A stretch of DNA of 64,000 nt from Gloeobacterales cyanobacterium (GTDB lineage Bacteria; Cyanobacteriota; Cyanobacteriia; Gloeobacterales; PMM-0068): the NCBI GenBank assembly GCA_038245785.1, contig JBBRSB010000021.1, forward strand, positions 21,322-85,321, written 5' to 3'. Positions 30,960 to 42,237 of this stretch are shown one piece after another. A model generated the notes under the pieces. It saw nothing but the letters and a program-made list of their open reading frames with translations. It made no database searches and was not told the DNA's origin. A program made the position numbers and the translations under genes. The first letter of the stretch is position 1. Each line of letters opens with the position of its first letter.

Positions 30960-31681
30960 ATCGCGCCTTTCATACTTGCATAAGCGGCATAGCCGGGGGA
31001 GATAATCCGCGTCAAACCAGTAGAAACGTTTACAATTCGTCCGCCGTCATTGATCAGTGGCAGTAGTTTCTGAGTGAGGAAGAAAACACCCTTGACGTGA
31101 ACATTCATCAAGTGGTCGAAATCTTCTTCAGTCGTCTCGGCAAAAGACGAGTGAACGCCCGTTCCAGCATTATTCACCAAGAAATCAAAATGCTCGGTTT
31201 GCCATTGATCTTTGAGTAACTGCTGGGTAAGTCCAGCGAAACTATCAAAAGTTTTAGTGTCGGCAGTATCGAGTTGCAGTGCCACCGCTTTTGCGTCAAA
31301 TGCTTCGATTTCAGCAACGACTTTAGCGGCTTCCTCGGCATTGCGATGGTAAGTGACGATGATATCAACCCCTTTTTTAGCCAGATTCAAAGCGGTACTT
31401 TTGCCCAGTCCTCGGCTCGCTCCGGTTACCAATGCGATTTTGTTCATTGCCTTATCCTTCTAGAGTGTTGTTTAGATCTATTCGCTGCTAGATACAGGAG
31501 CGTAACAGGATGAATCGTTTCATCGTGTTCTCCTTGGGCTTTGCCTAAAGGCTGGGAAGTCAGAAAGTTTAACGTCACTGTTACGCACGCCAGCGATAGT
31601 CCAGAGGAATCCAGGTGTAGCCCTGAACTCTCGCGACAACTCTTATTTCATGGACAGTATTTGCGACACAACCTCGCCAAG

Positions 31682-32656
31682 TTAGCCCTTAACGACTGGC
31701 TTGTAATCCAGTGTGGCACGATCCCAATGCCCTAAGTTAGCCGCTGCCTCGTAAGTGCTTTGCAGGAATGCCATTACCTTTGCCTCTGGATTATCAGCTT
31801 GTCGTACTGCTTCATAAGGCAGCATGAATTCCTGCATGTCTGGGCTGTAAAAGGCTTCTTGCGGTTGGATGGGATAATCCTTGAAGCCCTCTGGTGCCGG
31901 ATAGGCATAAGCGTAGAACAAGGCTTCGATTGAGCCACCGCCAAACCAAAAACCACAACTACTAACCTCATATGAGTAGGCTTCTCGCGTCACCCAATCC
32001 GCCATGTGTGGCACTCCACCCGGATGTTCGGGTGCACGCCGTCCCGAAAAGCGCGTCACTGCTAGGTCAAAGCTGCCCCAGAAGAAATGGACTGGGCTAC
32101 ACTTGCCAGCATAGCGAGCGCGGAAGACGGTCAGCAGGCGATCGGCTTCTACCAGAATCTGCCAAAACCGTTGGGCAGATTCTGCATCGTAAGCCACATG
32201 TTGCTCGTCTTGCTCAAAGGGAATGGGGTCAGCCACTTCCTGCGGCATCGTCCAGATCTGAACTTCGATGCCCATGTCTCTCAAGGTACTCATCACGGCT
32301 TGATAGAAAGCAGCTACAGAGCAAGGAGCAAGTGCGATCCTTCGCATCATGCCATCGCTCGTTTCAATCAGGAGTTGATGTTGTAGGAAGTCAAAGGTGA
32401 TTTGAAAGCTACGGAGACCATCAGGCATCGTCCCAGTCGTAAGCCCGCGTGGTGTGACATACAGCGTTGAATGCCACCAGTGATTCATTTTGGGTGCTAA
32501 CGCTAAGCGAATTTTGCCAATAATTTGCGTCCACAGATGCAGCGTTTCATAAGTGTCTTGCCAAGCGGCAAGCGGCAGGGGAAGCCAACGATCGGTAGAG
32601 GAAAGGTGAGTGGCAGTTGTCATGCTACGAATCTCCATGCGAGTAGTTACTGTCAT
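31682..32656 (-). CDS. DUF5996 family protein
   Basis: TLHLWTQIIGKIRLAL, SPVHFFWGSFDLAVTRFSGR. Confidence 0.8.
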   Translation of the reverse strand: MTVTTRMEIRSMTTATHLSSTDRWLPLPLAAWQDTYETLHLWTQIIGKIRLALAPKMNHWWHSTLYVTPRGLTTGTMPDGLRSFQITFDFLQHQLLIETSDGMMRRIALAPCSVAAFYQAVMSTLRDMGIEVQIWTMPQEVADPIPFEQDEQHVAYDAESAQRFWQILVEADRLLTVFRARYAGKCSPVHFFWGSFDLAVTRFSGRRAPEHPGGVPHMADWVTREAYSYEVSSCGFWFGGGSIEALFYAYAYPAPEGFKDYPIQPQEAFYSPDMQEFMLPYEAVRQADNPEAKVMAFLQSTYEAAANLGHWDRATLDYKPVVKG

Positions 32657-32801
32657 GTAAACGTTAAGTTCAAGAGTTGAGGAGTTGTATGTTTTTTGAT
32701 TACTTTGTCCTACTTATCAATACGTTTATGCAGCCTGCGCCTGCCTTAGAGGTTTTTTTTAGTCCGCTTGCTACGGAAATGCCAATTTGTCCTGAGTTAG
32801 A

Positions 32802-33791
32802 CTACGGCTCATTGACCAAGACTACTAATTTCCCTTTTGCCTGGTTAGACTCCATATATTGATGGGCTTCGACAATTTCACCGAGATGGAAAGTACGGTC
32901 AATATTGACCCGGCTTTGCCCCGCAGCGACACCATCAATAAAGCGTTGTAGCTGTTCAACCGAAAGGTCTTTAGACTCGCCAGTGTAGATAGTCAGTCGC
33001 ACTGTGTGAGGAATATCATTCATCGGTGAAAAGTTAGGTAGTGCCCAAGCATTGCCCAAAATCCCGGTCATGCAAACGATACCGCCAGGCGAAACGCATT
33101 GCAGTGAATCAAGCAGAGTAGTGGTGCCCACGAGTTCCAAAACGCGATCGACGCCTTTAGGAAAGCGCTCATGGATGGCGGGTGCGATCGCACCCTCATC
33201 AATCACCACCTGATCAGCTCCATTTGTGCTTAGAGCCTCTGCCTTAGCAGCATTGCGAGTTGTAGCAATCACGGTTAACCCCAGTGCTTTAGCAAGATGG
33301 GCTGCGGTCATGCCAACTGATGAGGTGCCGCCTCGAATGAGCAGCGTCTGCCCTGCCTGCACACCCAAACCGGACACGAGTGAACCGTAGGCAGTCTGGA
33401 ACATTTCTGGAATGGCTCCTAACACTGCCCAATCCAGATCAGTCTCGATTTGAAAGACACAAGCTTGCGGAACACAGGTGTATTCGGCATAGCTCCCATC
33501 AAAGTCCCGTCCCATACCGCCCATAATGGCAGCAACCTTTTGACCCGGTTGAAACGGCGTGTCAGGGGCGGCTTCGACAAGACCCACACACTCAATGCCC
33601 AAAACCCGAGGCCACTGCACATCAGGAGAGTGTCCCTGACGTGTAAACATCTCAGAACGATTAAGGCCAAACGCTTTGACCTTGATCAGCACCCACCCCG
33701 ATCGCGGTAATGGTTTGGCAATCTCTTGGAGCTGAAGGGCTGTTGGGTTGCCAGGGGATGCTAAAACAATGGCTTTCATCATGGTTTTCAT
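32802..33791 (-). CDS. MDR family quinone oxidoreductase
   Basis: VKAFGLNRSE, RGGTSSVG, GKLVV. Confidence 0.88.
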   Translation of the reverse strand: MKTMMKAIVLASPGNPTALQLQEIAKPLPRSGWVLIKVKAFGLNRSEMFTRQGHSPDVQWPRVLGIECVGLVEAAPDTPFQPGQKVAAIMGGMGRDFDGSYAEYTCVPQACVFQIETDLDWAVLGAIPEMFQTAYGSLVSGLGVQAGQTLLIRGGTSSVGMTAAHLAKALGLTVIATTRNAAKAEALSTNGADQVVIDEGAIAPAIHERFPKGVDRVLELVGTTTLLDSLQCVSPGGIVCMTGILGNAWALPNFSPMNDIPHTVRLTIYTGESKDLSVEQLQRFIDGVAAGQSRVNIDRTFHLGEIVEAHQYMESNQAKGKLVVLVNEP

Positions 33792-33801
33792 CCTGAAGGG
33801 G

Positions 33802-34182
33802 TTAATGAGGTGCTAGGGAAGAGGCAAATAAATATCGATGAATTTTCCAATCACCGTTCTCTTGCTTAAAGATAAACAGCTCATTGTTTCCTTCATCTGT
33901 CGTTTTGTGGTCGGCTAACACGGTTGTTGTGCCTGCTGACGTGGTGCGCACATAGGCGAGTTCTCCCATTGGCTCGACTTCATGGATCGTAAACTTGACC
34001 CGAAGTTGAATGGTTTGAAAGATTTGCTCGTAAGTAGCTTGAACGGCATCACGTCCGACTTGAGCCGAGGCAAACTGGGGCATGAAGATTGGCTCACTAC
34101 TGTAAAGTGTCAGCGCTGCCGCTGTATCCGAGACATTCAAAGCCTGCTCATACTGCTGGAGAACCTGTTGAATCTGTTGCAT
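33802..34182 (-). CDS. NTF2/SnoaL-like protein
   Basis: NNELFIFKQENGDWKIHRY. Confidence 0.8.
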   Translation of the reverse strand: MQQIQQVLQQYEQALNVSDTAAALTLYSSEPIFMPQFASAQVGRDAVQATYEQIFQTIQLRVKFTIHEVEPMGELAYVRTTSAGTTTVLADHKTTDEGNNELFIFKQENGDWKIHRYLFASSLAPH

Positions 34183-34305
34183 TGCTATGCTCCTAAATTT
34201 ATATGGTTTGAACCGACATGGACACGATGAAATCAATCAATCGACAGAAGTGAAGTGAGCGAGATGTAAAGAACAAAACGACGAATCGCTGCTCATTCCA
34301 TCAAC

Positions 34306-35253
34306 TTAAAGAGATGGGTGAACGACTTGCAAAACGAGCTTGCCGTGAGGATGACCGTGTTGGCTAACCTCCTGTGCTTTGGCGGCTTCTGCCAGCTCAA
34401 AAAGCTGCTCAACAGACACTTTGATCTGTCCATCATCGATCAATTGAGCAATCTGCAGTAGCTGTGAATTAACTCTGAGATTGGCGAAAACAGGAACCGC
34501 TTTAATGCCCTGCGGAATGCCCGATTCAGGCACACCAAGTGTGGAAACCAGAACGCCACCAGGACGAATGATTTGCCACGATCGCGCCTGCGTTTCTCCA
34601 CCGACCAAATCAAGCACCACATCCACATCCTTCACCTGCTGGTCAAACGGTTGACCAGCATAGTCGATCGCTTGATCAGCACCCAGCTTTTGCACATCGT
34701 CAAGGTTCGCCGCCGATGCCGTTGCAATGACTTGTGCGCCCTTCCACTTGGCAATTTGGATCGCATAGCGACCCACACCGCCCGCGCCACCATGAATCAG
34801 CACGCTCTGCCCTGCCTGGAGCTTTGCATCATCAAACAATGCTTGCCATGCGGTCATTGCCACAATGGGGACAGAAGCCGCGTGAATGTAATCGAGGGTT
34901 TTCGGCATTAGCGCGATCGCGTCTGCATAACCCACTGCATATTCGGCATAGGCTCCCGAAAGCGCCATGTCTGCCGTGCCATAAACGGCTTGTCCCGGTT
35001 GCAGTGTGGTAACGCCATCGCCCACACTTGCGACAACGCCAGCCACATCAGCGCCAGCAATCACAGGCAGCGGATAATCGAGTGCTTGTTTGAAAAACCC
35101 TTCACGAATCTTCCAATCGATCGGGTTTACACCTGCTGCATAAACTTGAATGAGTACTTCGCCTGCTTGAGGTTCAGGACGGGGCACTTCGTCGTACTTG
35201 AGGTTTTCAGCCCCTCCGTAAGCATGAATTCGGATTGCTTTCATCATTTCCAT
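34306..35253 (-). CDS. NADP-dependent MDR oxidoreductase
   Basis: AAGVNPIDWK, HGGAGGVG, GKLVL. Confidence 0.9.
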   Translation of the reverse strand: MEMMKAIRIHAYGGAENLKYDEVPRPEPQAGEVLIQVYAAGVNPIDWKIREGFFKQALDYPLPVIAGADVAGVVASVGDGVTTLQPGQAVYGTADMALSGAYAEYAVGYADAIALMPKTLDYIHAASVPIVAMTAWQALFDDAKLQAGQSVLIHGGAGGVGRYAIQIAKWKGAQVIATASAANLDDVQKLGADQAIDYAGQPFDQQVKDVDVVLDLVGGETQARSWQIIRPGGVLVSTLGVPESGIPQGIKAVPVFANLRVNSQLLQIAQLIDDGQIKVSVEQLFELAEAAKAQEVSQHGHPHGKLVLQVVHPSL

Positions 35254-35304
35254 TGTGATGTACTCCTAATAAATAGAATGGACAAACATTTCATCAATCA
35301 CTAA

Positions 35305-35830
35305 TCACTGGCGATCGAAATCTCGAACGTTACTAAATGAAAACGTGTGGCATCTGTTTTGCTCCATTGAAGATCCATCAACATACTGCTGACCACCGAT
35401 CGTTATGAATTCAACCGTGCTGGCGGGAGCCGCGAAATCTAATGAGGTAATTTCTTCTCTTTGAGCCTCGACTCGACCCAGCACAATGAGCTCCTTCCCA
35501 CTTGTGCCCGGTTTGAGGCTCAGGGCGTGCGCGTCAAGTTGTACGATCGCGCCCCGCACCAAGCTATTACCCTTACCGCCTTTTGTGATCACGTCCCCAA
35601 GCACGAGGATGCTGCCAAACGGTTTGCTGGTCTGTATCCCAATTGAGCCATTGCCATGAGTGGTAATGCTTTTAAATTCTGCATAAGCCAGAGTTCCGTC
35701 GTATAGATTGAATCCTCGCGCCCCCTCGCCATAGGTAGCCAGGTCGCCTTGTATAATCAGAGTCTGCAAATCTCCAAAATTCATGAATCCGATTCCACTT
35801 TCTATGAATGATTTTGCGTCGATCGCCTTG
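35305..35830 (-). pseudogene. C-terminal fragment of a beta-helix-like hypothetical protein
   Basis: Repetitive T.G.GA.G turns; no proper start. Confidence 0.45.
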
Positions 35831-36298
35831 CTAAGGCACCGATACTTCGCCGCCGTCCGGATTGCTCTGGAATGTCCAAGTACCACCCGATCGGAAGGTC
35901 GAACCTGTGCCAAAGGTGTCCTCCATGTACTGCATGTAGGTGACCAATCCGTCCTTCACCTTCGCCCAGACGGAGAACGGAGAGACAAACGTTTTATCGA
36001 GGTTCACTGAATGGACGGTGAAGCTGCCGAAGACAGCTACGTTCTCGCCTTCGCCGAAGATTTGCTGGATATCGAACGTCTCGATCGTCCAAAAGGTGTT
36101 GAGTTCCTGGAAAACTTTGAGGACGCTGGCAGGACCATCTTTATGCGTGCCTGCCCAAGGCATGAGCTTTTTCAGGTCGGGATTATCGTAGCTGAGCGAT
36201 ACGTAGACAGCATCGGGGGAGACGAGCGGGTTAACGACCTCAGGGTTGGTGGGGTCTTTGAGAATGGCTTGGACGATTTCTACTGGTGTACTCGACAT
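35831..36298 (-). CDS. NTF2/SnoaL-like protein
   Basis: MPWAGTH, VAVFGSF, YMQYMEDT; RBS GGAGG. Confidence 0.82.
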   Translation of the reverse strand: MSSTPVEIVQAILKDPTNPEVVNPLVSPDAVYVSLSYDNPDLKKLMPWAGTHKDGPASVLKVFQELNTFWTIETFDIQQIFGEGENVAVFGSFTVHSVNLDKTFVSPFSVWAKVKDGLVTYMQYMEDTFGTGSTFRSGGTWTFQSNPDGGEVSVP

Positions 36299-36388
36299 AT
36301 GTCCTCCTCCAAGGCTGCTTATGCGAGCCTGATCATCGGGTTTGATGGTTGTGAGACTTATTTAGGAAAGACTTAAACTCAAGTTCAA

Positions 36389-37909
36389 CTATTGAACAGA
36401 AACGCCAACACTGGGAATCGTGCCTGAGTTGAAGGCAATATGTTTGTACTCCAGGAATTCATCGATCGCCGTCAGACCATTCAGTCTGCCGTTGCCGCTG
36501 CGCTTGAATCCGCCCTCCTCGAACTCGTCCCAAACGATCGCCCAATCGTTGATCCAGATCGTGCCTGCATCGATCTCACGGGCGACGCGCAGTGGACGGT
36601 CAACATCTCTAGTCCAAATGCTCGCAGCCAAACCATACTCACTGTCGTTTGCGAGCTGCACCGCTTCTGCCTCAGTATCAAAGATTTGCATCGTCAGGAC
36701 TGGACCGAAGACCTCTTCCTGAACGATCGTCATTTTCGGATCGGTCACTTCCAGCAGCGTCGGACGGTAAAACGCACCGTTAGCGAGTGGACCTTCGACA
36801 ATCGGACCGCCACGTACAAGCACCTTCGCGCCCGCTGCGATCGCTTCCTCCACCATCTTGTCAACACGAGCGACGTTCAGCTTATCAATGAGAGGCCCCA
36901 TATCGCTGGACAGATCAGACGCAGGTCCTGTTTTAACGTTTTCCAGTCGCTGGGTGATCAGCGTGCGAAATTGATCGGCAACAGCACGCTGCACCAACAG
37001 GCGAGAACCCGTCATACAGAACTGCCCTGCAAAGGTCGTGAGTGCCTTCTCAACTTTTGGTGCAGCCGCCTCAAGATCAGCATCGTCGAAGATGATCATC
37101 GGTGTCTTACCACCAAGTTCGGTCTGAAACAGCTTGAGCGTCGCTGCCCCTGTTGCGGAAATCGCTTTCCCAGTCTGTGTGCTTCCCGTAAAGCTGATCA
37201 CACGAATATCTTTTGACTCCATGAGAAAGGACGATCCGCCTCTCCCTCTGCTTTCGCTGAAGACGTTGATTACACCCTTTGGCAAATCGGCAGCTTCAGC
37301 CAGTACCTGACTAAAAAGATAGTTGATTTGTGCTGTGTTGCCAGGTAATTTGAGCACTGTGGTGACACCAGCAGCCAGGGCTGGTGCCAAAGAACGCACG
37401 GTGAGCACGAGCGGCGAATTAAAGGGTGCCACGATTCCAGCAACGCCGATCGCAGACCGGGTGACGATCGAAAGGTGTCCCGGCAAAACTTCTAAAGCTC
37501 GTCCGTAATTCGTCAGAACGACAGATGCCCAGTAGCGAAACTTGCTGGGAATCATCTCGACTTCAAACGCTGCTTCAGCACGGATTTTGCCATTTTCGAG
37601 CGAGAGAATCTCGATCAGATCGTCTCGCCGTGCTTCAAAGCAATCCGCTATCTGATTCAAAACTCGTGCCCGGAGCGCACGATTGTGCTTCCAATCCAAT
37701 TCCCGAAAAGCCCGTACCGCAGCCTTAGTCGCTAGAACCGCATCTTCACGCCCACCATCCGCGTAAGTGCCAATGACCTCACCCGTGGCTGGGTTGATGC
37801 TCTCGGTATGCTGCGCTGAATCGATCCACTCACCATTAATCCAGTTTAGCGCTGGCGATCGCAGGTCAATATTCATTGTTGAGCCTTTCTGATCTATCTT
37901 TGCTAACAT
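36389..37909 (-). CDS. Aldehyde dehydrogenase
   Basis: SFTGS, ELGGK, GQFC, EEVFGP. Confidence 0.93.
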   Translation of the reverse strand: MLAKIDQKGSTMNIDLRSPALNWINGEWIDSAQHTESINPATGEVIGTYADGGREDAVLATKAAVRAFRELDWKHNRALRARVLNQIADCFEARRDDLIEILSLENGKIRAEAAFEVEMIPSKFRYWASVVLTNYGRALEVLPGHLSIVTRSAIGVAGIVAPFNSPLVLTVRSLAPALAAGVTTVLKLPGNTAQINYLFSQVLAEAADLPKGVINVFSESRGRGGSSFLMESKDIRVISFTGSTQTGKAISATGAATLKLFQTELGGKTPMIIFDDADLEAAAPKVEKALTTFAGQFCMTGSRLLVQRAVADQFRTLITQRLENVKTGPASDLSSDMGPLIDKLNVARVDKMVEEAIAAGAKVLVRGGPIVEGPLANGAFYRPTLLEVTDPKMTIVQEEVFGPVLTMQIFDTEAEAVQLANDSEYGLAASIWTRDVDRPLRVAREIDAGTIWINDWAIVWDEFEEGGFKRSGNGRLNGLTAIDEFLEYKHIAFNSGTIPSVGVSVQ

Positions 37910-38030
37910 CGTTTCTGCTCCTTACGTCTCTTCTCAGTAACTGAATTCGGCGTTGTTGAATCTATGCATGAATTGTTGAGCGGCAAAGCTGACTGTGATT
38001 GCCAATGGGCAGACCGCGTGAACAAACCAG

Positions 38031-38780
38031 CTAGGCGCTAAACCCACCATCGATCGTCAAGCTTGCGCCAGTAATGTACCCTGCCTCAGGACTAGCCAGA
38101 TAAGCAACCATCCCCGCAACCTCTTCAACGGTGCCGTAGCGGAGCAACGCTGTGTGCTTTTTAAGCATTTCAGCGAATTCGCCTTCTGGAGGGTTCGTCT
38201 CCGTTGCGATTGGTCCAGGCTGCACGTTGTTGATCGTGATCCCACGCGGACCCAGATCACGCGATAGCCCTTGTACCAGTCCTTGCAGCGCTGACTTGCT
38301 CATGGCATACACGCCCCCACCACTCCATGGAATCCGTTCAGCATTGATGCTGCCAATGTTGATGATGCGTCCACCCGCTTGCATATGCTTGACTGCGGCT
38401 TGCGTCGCCACAAAGACAGCACGCACGTTGACAGCAATGGTGCGATCGAAGTCCGCCAGTTTGAAATCATCGAGGGGGGCAAACGGTGATATGCCCGCAT
38501 TATTGACCAGGATATCAATGCCGCCCAAATTATCCACTGTCTGCTCAACCGCAGCGATCACTGCACTGGCATCGCCACTGTCGGCTTGAATGGCAAGAGA
38601 CCGGACACCTAGCGTTTGTGCTGCCTGGGCAATTTCGTTTGCTCGATCGGGCGAACTGCTATAGGTCAGGGCAACGTCAGCCCCTTCATTGGCTAAACTC
38701 TGGACGATCGCTGCACCGATACCGCGACTGCCTCCAGTGACGAGGGCACGTTTGTTTTTAAGTGTGGGGTTTATATTCAT
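38031..38780 (-). CDS. SDR oxidoreductase (BdcA-like)
   Basis: TGGSRGIG, NNAG, YAMSK. Confidence 0.9.
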   Translation of the reverse strand: MNINPTLKNKRALVTGGSRGIGAAIVQSLANEGADVALTYSSSPDRANEIAQAAQTLGVRSLAIQADSGDASAVIAAVEQTVDNLGGIDILVNNAGISPFAPLDDFKLADFDRTIAVNVRAVFVATQAAVKHMQAGGRIINIGSINAERIPWSGGGVYAMSKSALQGLVQGLSRDLGPRGITINNVQPGPIATETNPPEGEFAEMLKKHTALLRYGTVEEVAGMVAYLASPEAGYITGASLTIDGGFSA

Positions 38781-38812
38781 TGTGATGAGGAATTGGATAA
38801 GTTTGTACTGCT

Positions 38813-38863
38813 TTCATTCTTCAACGTCCACTCCGTTTGAAACACTCAAGTTCATTGAGTTAA
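38813..38863 (-). promoter_or_regulatory. Conserved 51-bp upstream element, copy 2 (similarity to copy 4 extends over ~38804-38927)
   Basis: TTAACTCAATGAACTTGAGTGTTTCAAA-N11-TTGAAGAATGAA on the minus strand. Confidence 0.8.
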
Positions 38864-39068
38864 GTAGCAAGTTAATCTTTTTACGTCTAAAGAGAGAGCT
38901 TTGAATGGAGTTGCACTGCGGAAAGCTTCATATCAGGTGAAAGCATCCGCTTCTACAAGTTCACTTGGCTCAAATATCTAGAAGCTTCAATCAGCGCTAG
39001 TTTTAGAGGATTAGAGCGCGCCACTGATTTACTCTTTGCGCCAGTTTTACTGCTCAGTCATATCGCTG

Positions 39069-39450
39069 CTAGTCGCGCCCTGCCACAATAATCTTTTCGA
39101 CCAAGCCGACAGGGTTAGAAAACATCACCTCATGGCTACCAGGCATTTGCACGAACCGAAATAGCCCCAAGCGGTTAGACATTCTGCGATAATCCCACTC
39201 GCCTTGCTGAGGTCGAGAGGTGTCTTCCATGCAGTAGAGGTAACTTTTGGGAATGGGCAGCGAGTAAAATTGCTGCAAGACCAACTTGTCAATTAACGGT
39301 TGATACGGTTCAGGCGATAATTGTGCGTAACTAGATTTAGCCAGGTCGAGGTCAGCGTCGTTGAGAAACGTTTCTCGCCAAATCTCAAAAGGTAGCATCA
39401 GCGTATTGTCATCCGATTCTCTTGCTAGCTTGTCGGATAACTTTTGAGCG
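39069..39450 (-). pseudogene. C-terminal fragment of an alpha/beta hydrolase
   Basis: PKSYLYCMED, MPGSHEVMFSNP; N-terminus absent. Confidence 0.7.
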
Positions 39451-39500
39451 TCCAGTGGGAGGATATCTCTTGCTTCTAATTTTTTCAGCAAAAGCGGTCG

Positions 39501-40532
39501 TCAGTCAGGAATTTTAGAGTCTTCGTAGATAGTCGCTCCCGCACTGTGGAGTTCATCCAAGAACCATTTGGTATCCGAGAGTAGCTCGGGTAGGTAAAGC
39601 CCAGGGCGGGCAGGAGAACGATTGTTCAGTCCCAATACCGACGCGAGAGAAAGAACGACACTCAGACCCGTGAGTGAGGCTGTGCCATGCTTGAACTCAA
39701 GCATCGATCGCGAACGCTTCGTTCGACCATCGGCCTCGCCCTCGATCTCGACGACGATCTCGGTCGCCGTCTCACCGCCCCGGCGGCGGCTGGACGATTC
39801 ACCATTCACCAGGTCGAAGCGTACATCCGGCGCTCCAGTGGCGGCATAGAGACTCACGGTATCGAACGTGGAAAATGCGGTGGCATCGAGCGATCGACCG
39901 TCGACTGATTCGAACTTGCCCTTTGCGGCGTCGCCGGACAGCCATACGCGCCGCCCACCCTCGAATACCATTGCGGGGGGAGCAGCCCCGTGTACCCGCT
40001 TCATGTCTTCGAGCGCCGCTGGACCGACTGGATCCTTCTCGTCGACGATTGCGCCGAGCCTGATGGATTGGACGATCTCGAAGCCTTTGGCACTGTTCAG
40101 TGCCAGAAACGTGGCCGCACCGGCCATCCAGTGACTGGCGAGCACGACGGGTGCTGCGGTCGCACGATGCGCGAACATCGCCAACTCGGGGCCGCTTTCG
40201 GTGAGAGCAGCGTTGATGTTCAGGTAAGGGACGCCCAAGTCCTGCGCGTAGCTCAGGCCTTTGAGTCCGGCTTCGGGAGCTAACATGACCACAGCAGCTA
40301 CGGTGACGTCGTCACCGAGGCCCAAGTGGGGCTTATCGATATCTATGGCAACGGCTTCGGCAGCGCCCACCTCCTGGGCGACTTCGCCTGCCGCTTGCAG
40401 GTTCCGTCCTCCGACGAGCACTCGAACGCTGGGGTGCATCTCGCGGAACCACTTGAGGGCAGCGCGCCCCACGAGGCCCGATCCTCCGGCGAAAAGTATC
40501 TGTCCTAAAGCAACCTTATTCTTAAGCGTCAT
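39501..40532 (-). CDS. Saccharopine-dehydrogenase-like NAD(P)-binding oxidoreductase
   Basis: GGSGLVG, GGRN; GC-rich. Confidence 0.75.
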   Translation of the reverse strand: MTLKNKVALGQILFAGGSGLVGRAALKWFREMHPSVRVLVGGRNLQAAGEVAQEVGAAEAVAIDIDKPHLGLGDDVTVAAVVMLAPEAGLKGLSYAQDLGVPYLNINAALTESGPELAMFAHRATAAPVVLASHWMAGAATFLALNSAKGFEIVQSIRLGAIVDEKDPVGPAALEDMKRVHGAAPPAMVFEGGRRVWLSGDAAKGKFESVDGRSLDATAFSTFDTVSLYAATGAPDVRFDLVNGESSSRRRGGETATEIVVEIEGEADGRTKRSRSMLEFKHGTASLTGLSVVLSLASVLGLNNRSPARPGLYLPELLSDTKWFLDELHSAGATIYEDSKIPD

Positions 40533-40537
40533 GATAT

Positions 40538-41320
40538 TTACCTCTTATTGTGAAACCAGTTGTAGTGTCTAAACAGCGATTCCTCCATCGACACTGAGTG
40601 TTGGCCGGTTACGAATCCGGCCTTTGGCGAACACAAATAGAGAACCGCTGCGGCGATTTCCTCTGGGTGTCCAATCCGTCCTAACGGTTGCATACTGTTC
40701 AAAGCGGCACGACTTTGCTTGTCCTGGCGGTATTCCTCATTCATGGGTGTTTCAATCACTCCCGGACAGATTGCGTTGACGCGCACACCCTGCGATGCAA
40801 ACTCCAGCGCCGCCGATTTCGTCAATCCGAGCGTGGCAAACTTGCTCGCGTTGTAAATAGCCGACCCAGGATGAGGACGAATACCTAGAAAGGAAGCCGT
40901 GTTAACAATCCCACCGCCGCCGGATTTAAGGATGGCTGGAATCTCGTGTTTTAAGCAGAGCGCGACACCGCGCACGTTGATAGCGAGAATGCGATCGATA
41001 GTGTTCTGCGTGACTTCTGTAATGGGAGCAGATTCGAGAAAAACACCAGCGTTATTAAAGGCAAAATCTAACTTGCCAAACGATTCCAAGGTTTTCGCTA
41101 CTATAGCGGCAACGTCATCTTCGATCGATACATCAGCTTGGACAAAAAGTCCTTTGCCACCCGCTTGCTCAATGAGCGCGATGGATTCTGCACCCTCACT
41201 TTCTCGCCGTCCAGCAACGACAACGCTGGCTCCTTCTTGGGCAAAGGCAACAGCAGTAGCGCGTCCAATACCAGAGGTGCCGCCAGTGACGAGAACAACT
41301 TTGCCAGTGAATGCTTTCAT
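40538..41320 (-). CDS. SDR oxidoreductase with C-terminal frameshift
   Basis: TGGTSGIG, NNAG, YNASK; the canonical TLSVDGGIAV* tail lies in another frame near 40600. Confidence 0.8.
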   Translation of the reverse strand: MKAFTGKVVLVTGGTSGIGRATAVAFAQEGASVVVAGRRESEGAESIALIEQAGGKGLFVQADVSIEDDVAAIVAKTLESFGKLDFAFNNAGVFLESAPITEVTQNTIDRILAINVRGVALCLKHEIPAILKSGGGGIVNTASFLGIRPHPGSAIYNASKFATLGLTKSAALEFASQGVRVNAICPGVIETPMNEEYRQDKQSRAALNSMQPLGRIGHPEEIAAAVLYLCSPKAGFVTGQHSVSMEESLFRHYNWFHNKR

Positions 41321-41462
41321 AGGAATATCTAAATGATTTTCGATTGATACGCTGTAATTCACGGTCTAGTAAAAATCTGCTACCGATCACGGCACCAGTT
41401 CAATGCTCACTAGTGACCCCATCGCTTGCTTCAATGAGCAGCGGGTGAGTTAAAAGTGAGTT

Positions 41463-42200
41463 TTAGGCGAGGTCAAACAACAAGATTTCAGCGCTGGCTT
41501 CGTTCGTTAGTTCTAACAGTTCTGGACTGTTAGTTTGCACACCATCGCCCTCTCGCAGTGATTCACCGTTGAGCGTCACGATACCGCGTGCAACCTGAAT
41601 CCAGGCAAAGCGATCGCTCCCCATCTCAAACGTAATGCGATCGCCCGATGACAAAACTGAAACATAGAGGTCAATATCTTGATGAATCACAACAGAATCC
41701 TCTCGTCCATTTTTTGAAGCCACAAGCCGCAGTTTGCCTTGTTTTTCTGCTAGAGGAAAATTGCGTTGGTTGTAGCGAGGAGTGATGTTTTGTCGATCGG
41801 GCAGCATCCAAATTTGCAATAAGTGTACTGGTTCAGTATCCGAATGATTAAATTCACTGTGTTGAATGCCAGTACCTGCGCTCATGATTTGGACATCGCC
41901 CGGACGCATGACCGAGCCAGTCCCCAGACTATCTTTGTGCGCCAGTTCTCCCGCCAACACATAGGTGAGAATTTCCATGTCCCGATGTCCGTGGGTGCCA
42001 AATCCCCCGCCAGGAGCAATCCGATCGTCATTAATGACTCGCAGCGATCGAAATCCCATGCGATCAGGATCTCTAAAGTCACCAAATGAAAAAGTATGGT
42101 AGCTATCTAGCCAGCCATTTTGAATATGTCCTCGAAGATTGCGTTGGTGTAACCTCTCCGAAGGGGAATCGTGAATGGTGTGTACGACAGTAGTAACCAT
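41463..42200 (-). CDS. Pirin family protein (8-aa micro-element insertion near N-terminus)
   Basis: WLDSYHTFSF, GFGTHGHRDMEI, MSAGTGIQHSE. Confidence 0.92.
   Translation of the reverse strand: MVTTVVHTIHDSPSERLHQRNLRGHIQNGWLDSYHTFSFGDFRDPDRMGFRSLRVINDDRIAPGGGFGTHGHRDMEILTYVLAGELAHKDSLGTGSVMRPGDVQIMSAGTGIQHSEFNHSDTEPVHLLQIWMLPDRQNITPRYNQRNFPLAEKQGKLRLVASKNGREDSVVIHQDIDLYVSVLSSGDRITFEMGSDRFAWIQVARGIVTLNGESLREGDGVQTNSPELLELTNEASAEILLFDLA
42144..42167 (+). repeat. SDR5-like micro-element (24 nt) in GCG^ATCGT
   Basis: TTGGTGTAACC-TCTCC-GAA-GGGGA; removal restores IHDRNLRG. Confidence 0.8.
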
Positions 42201-42237
42201 CTTCTGTGCCTCTTTGTATTAGTAGACTTGGTAAAAC

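Larger units (their letters stand above)
30643..31447 (-). pseudogene. SDR oxidoreductase frameshifted by a 25-nt micro-element
   Basis: TGASRGLG, NNAG, YASMK; removing 30833-30857 and 30936-30959 restores KGAIETL and APGAIETDF. Confidence 0.88.
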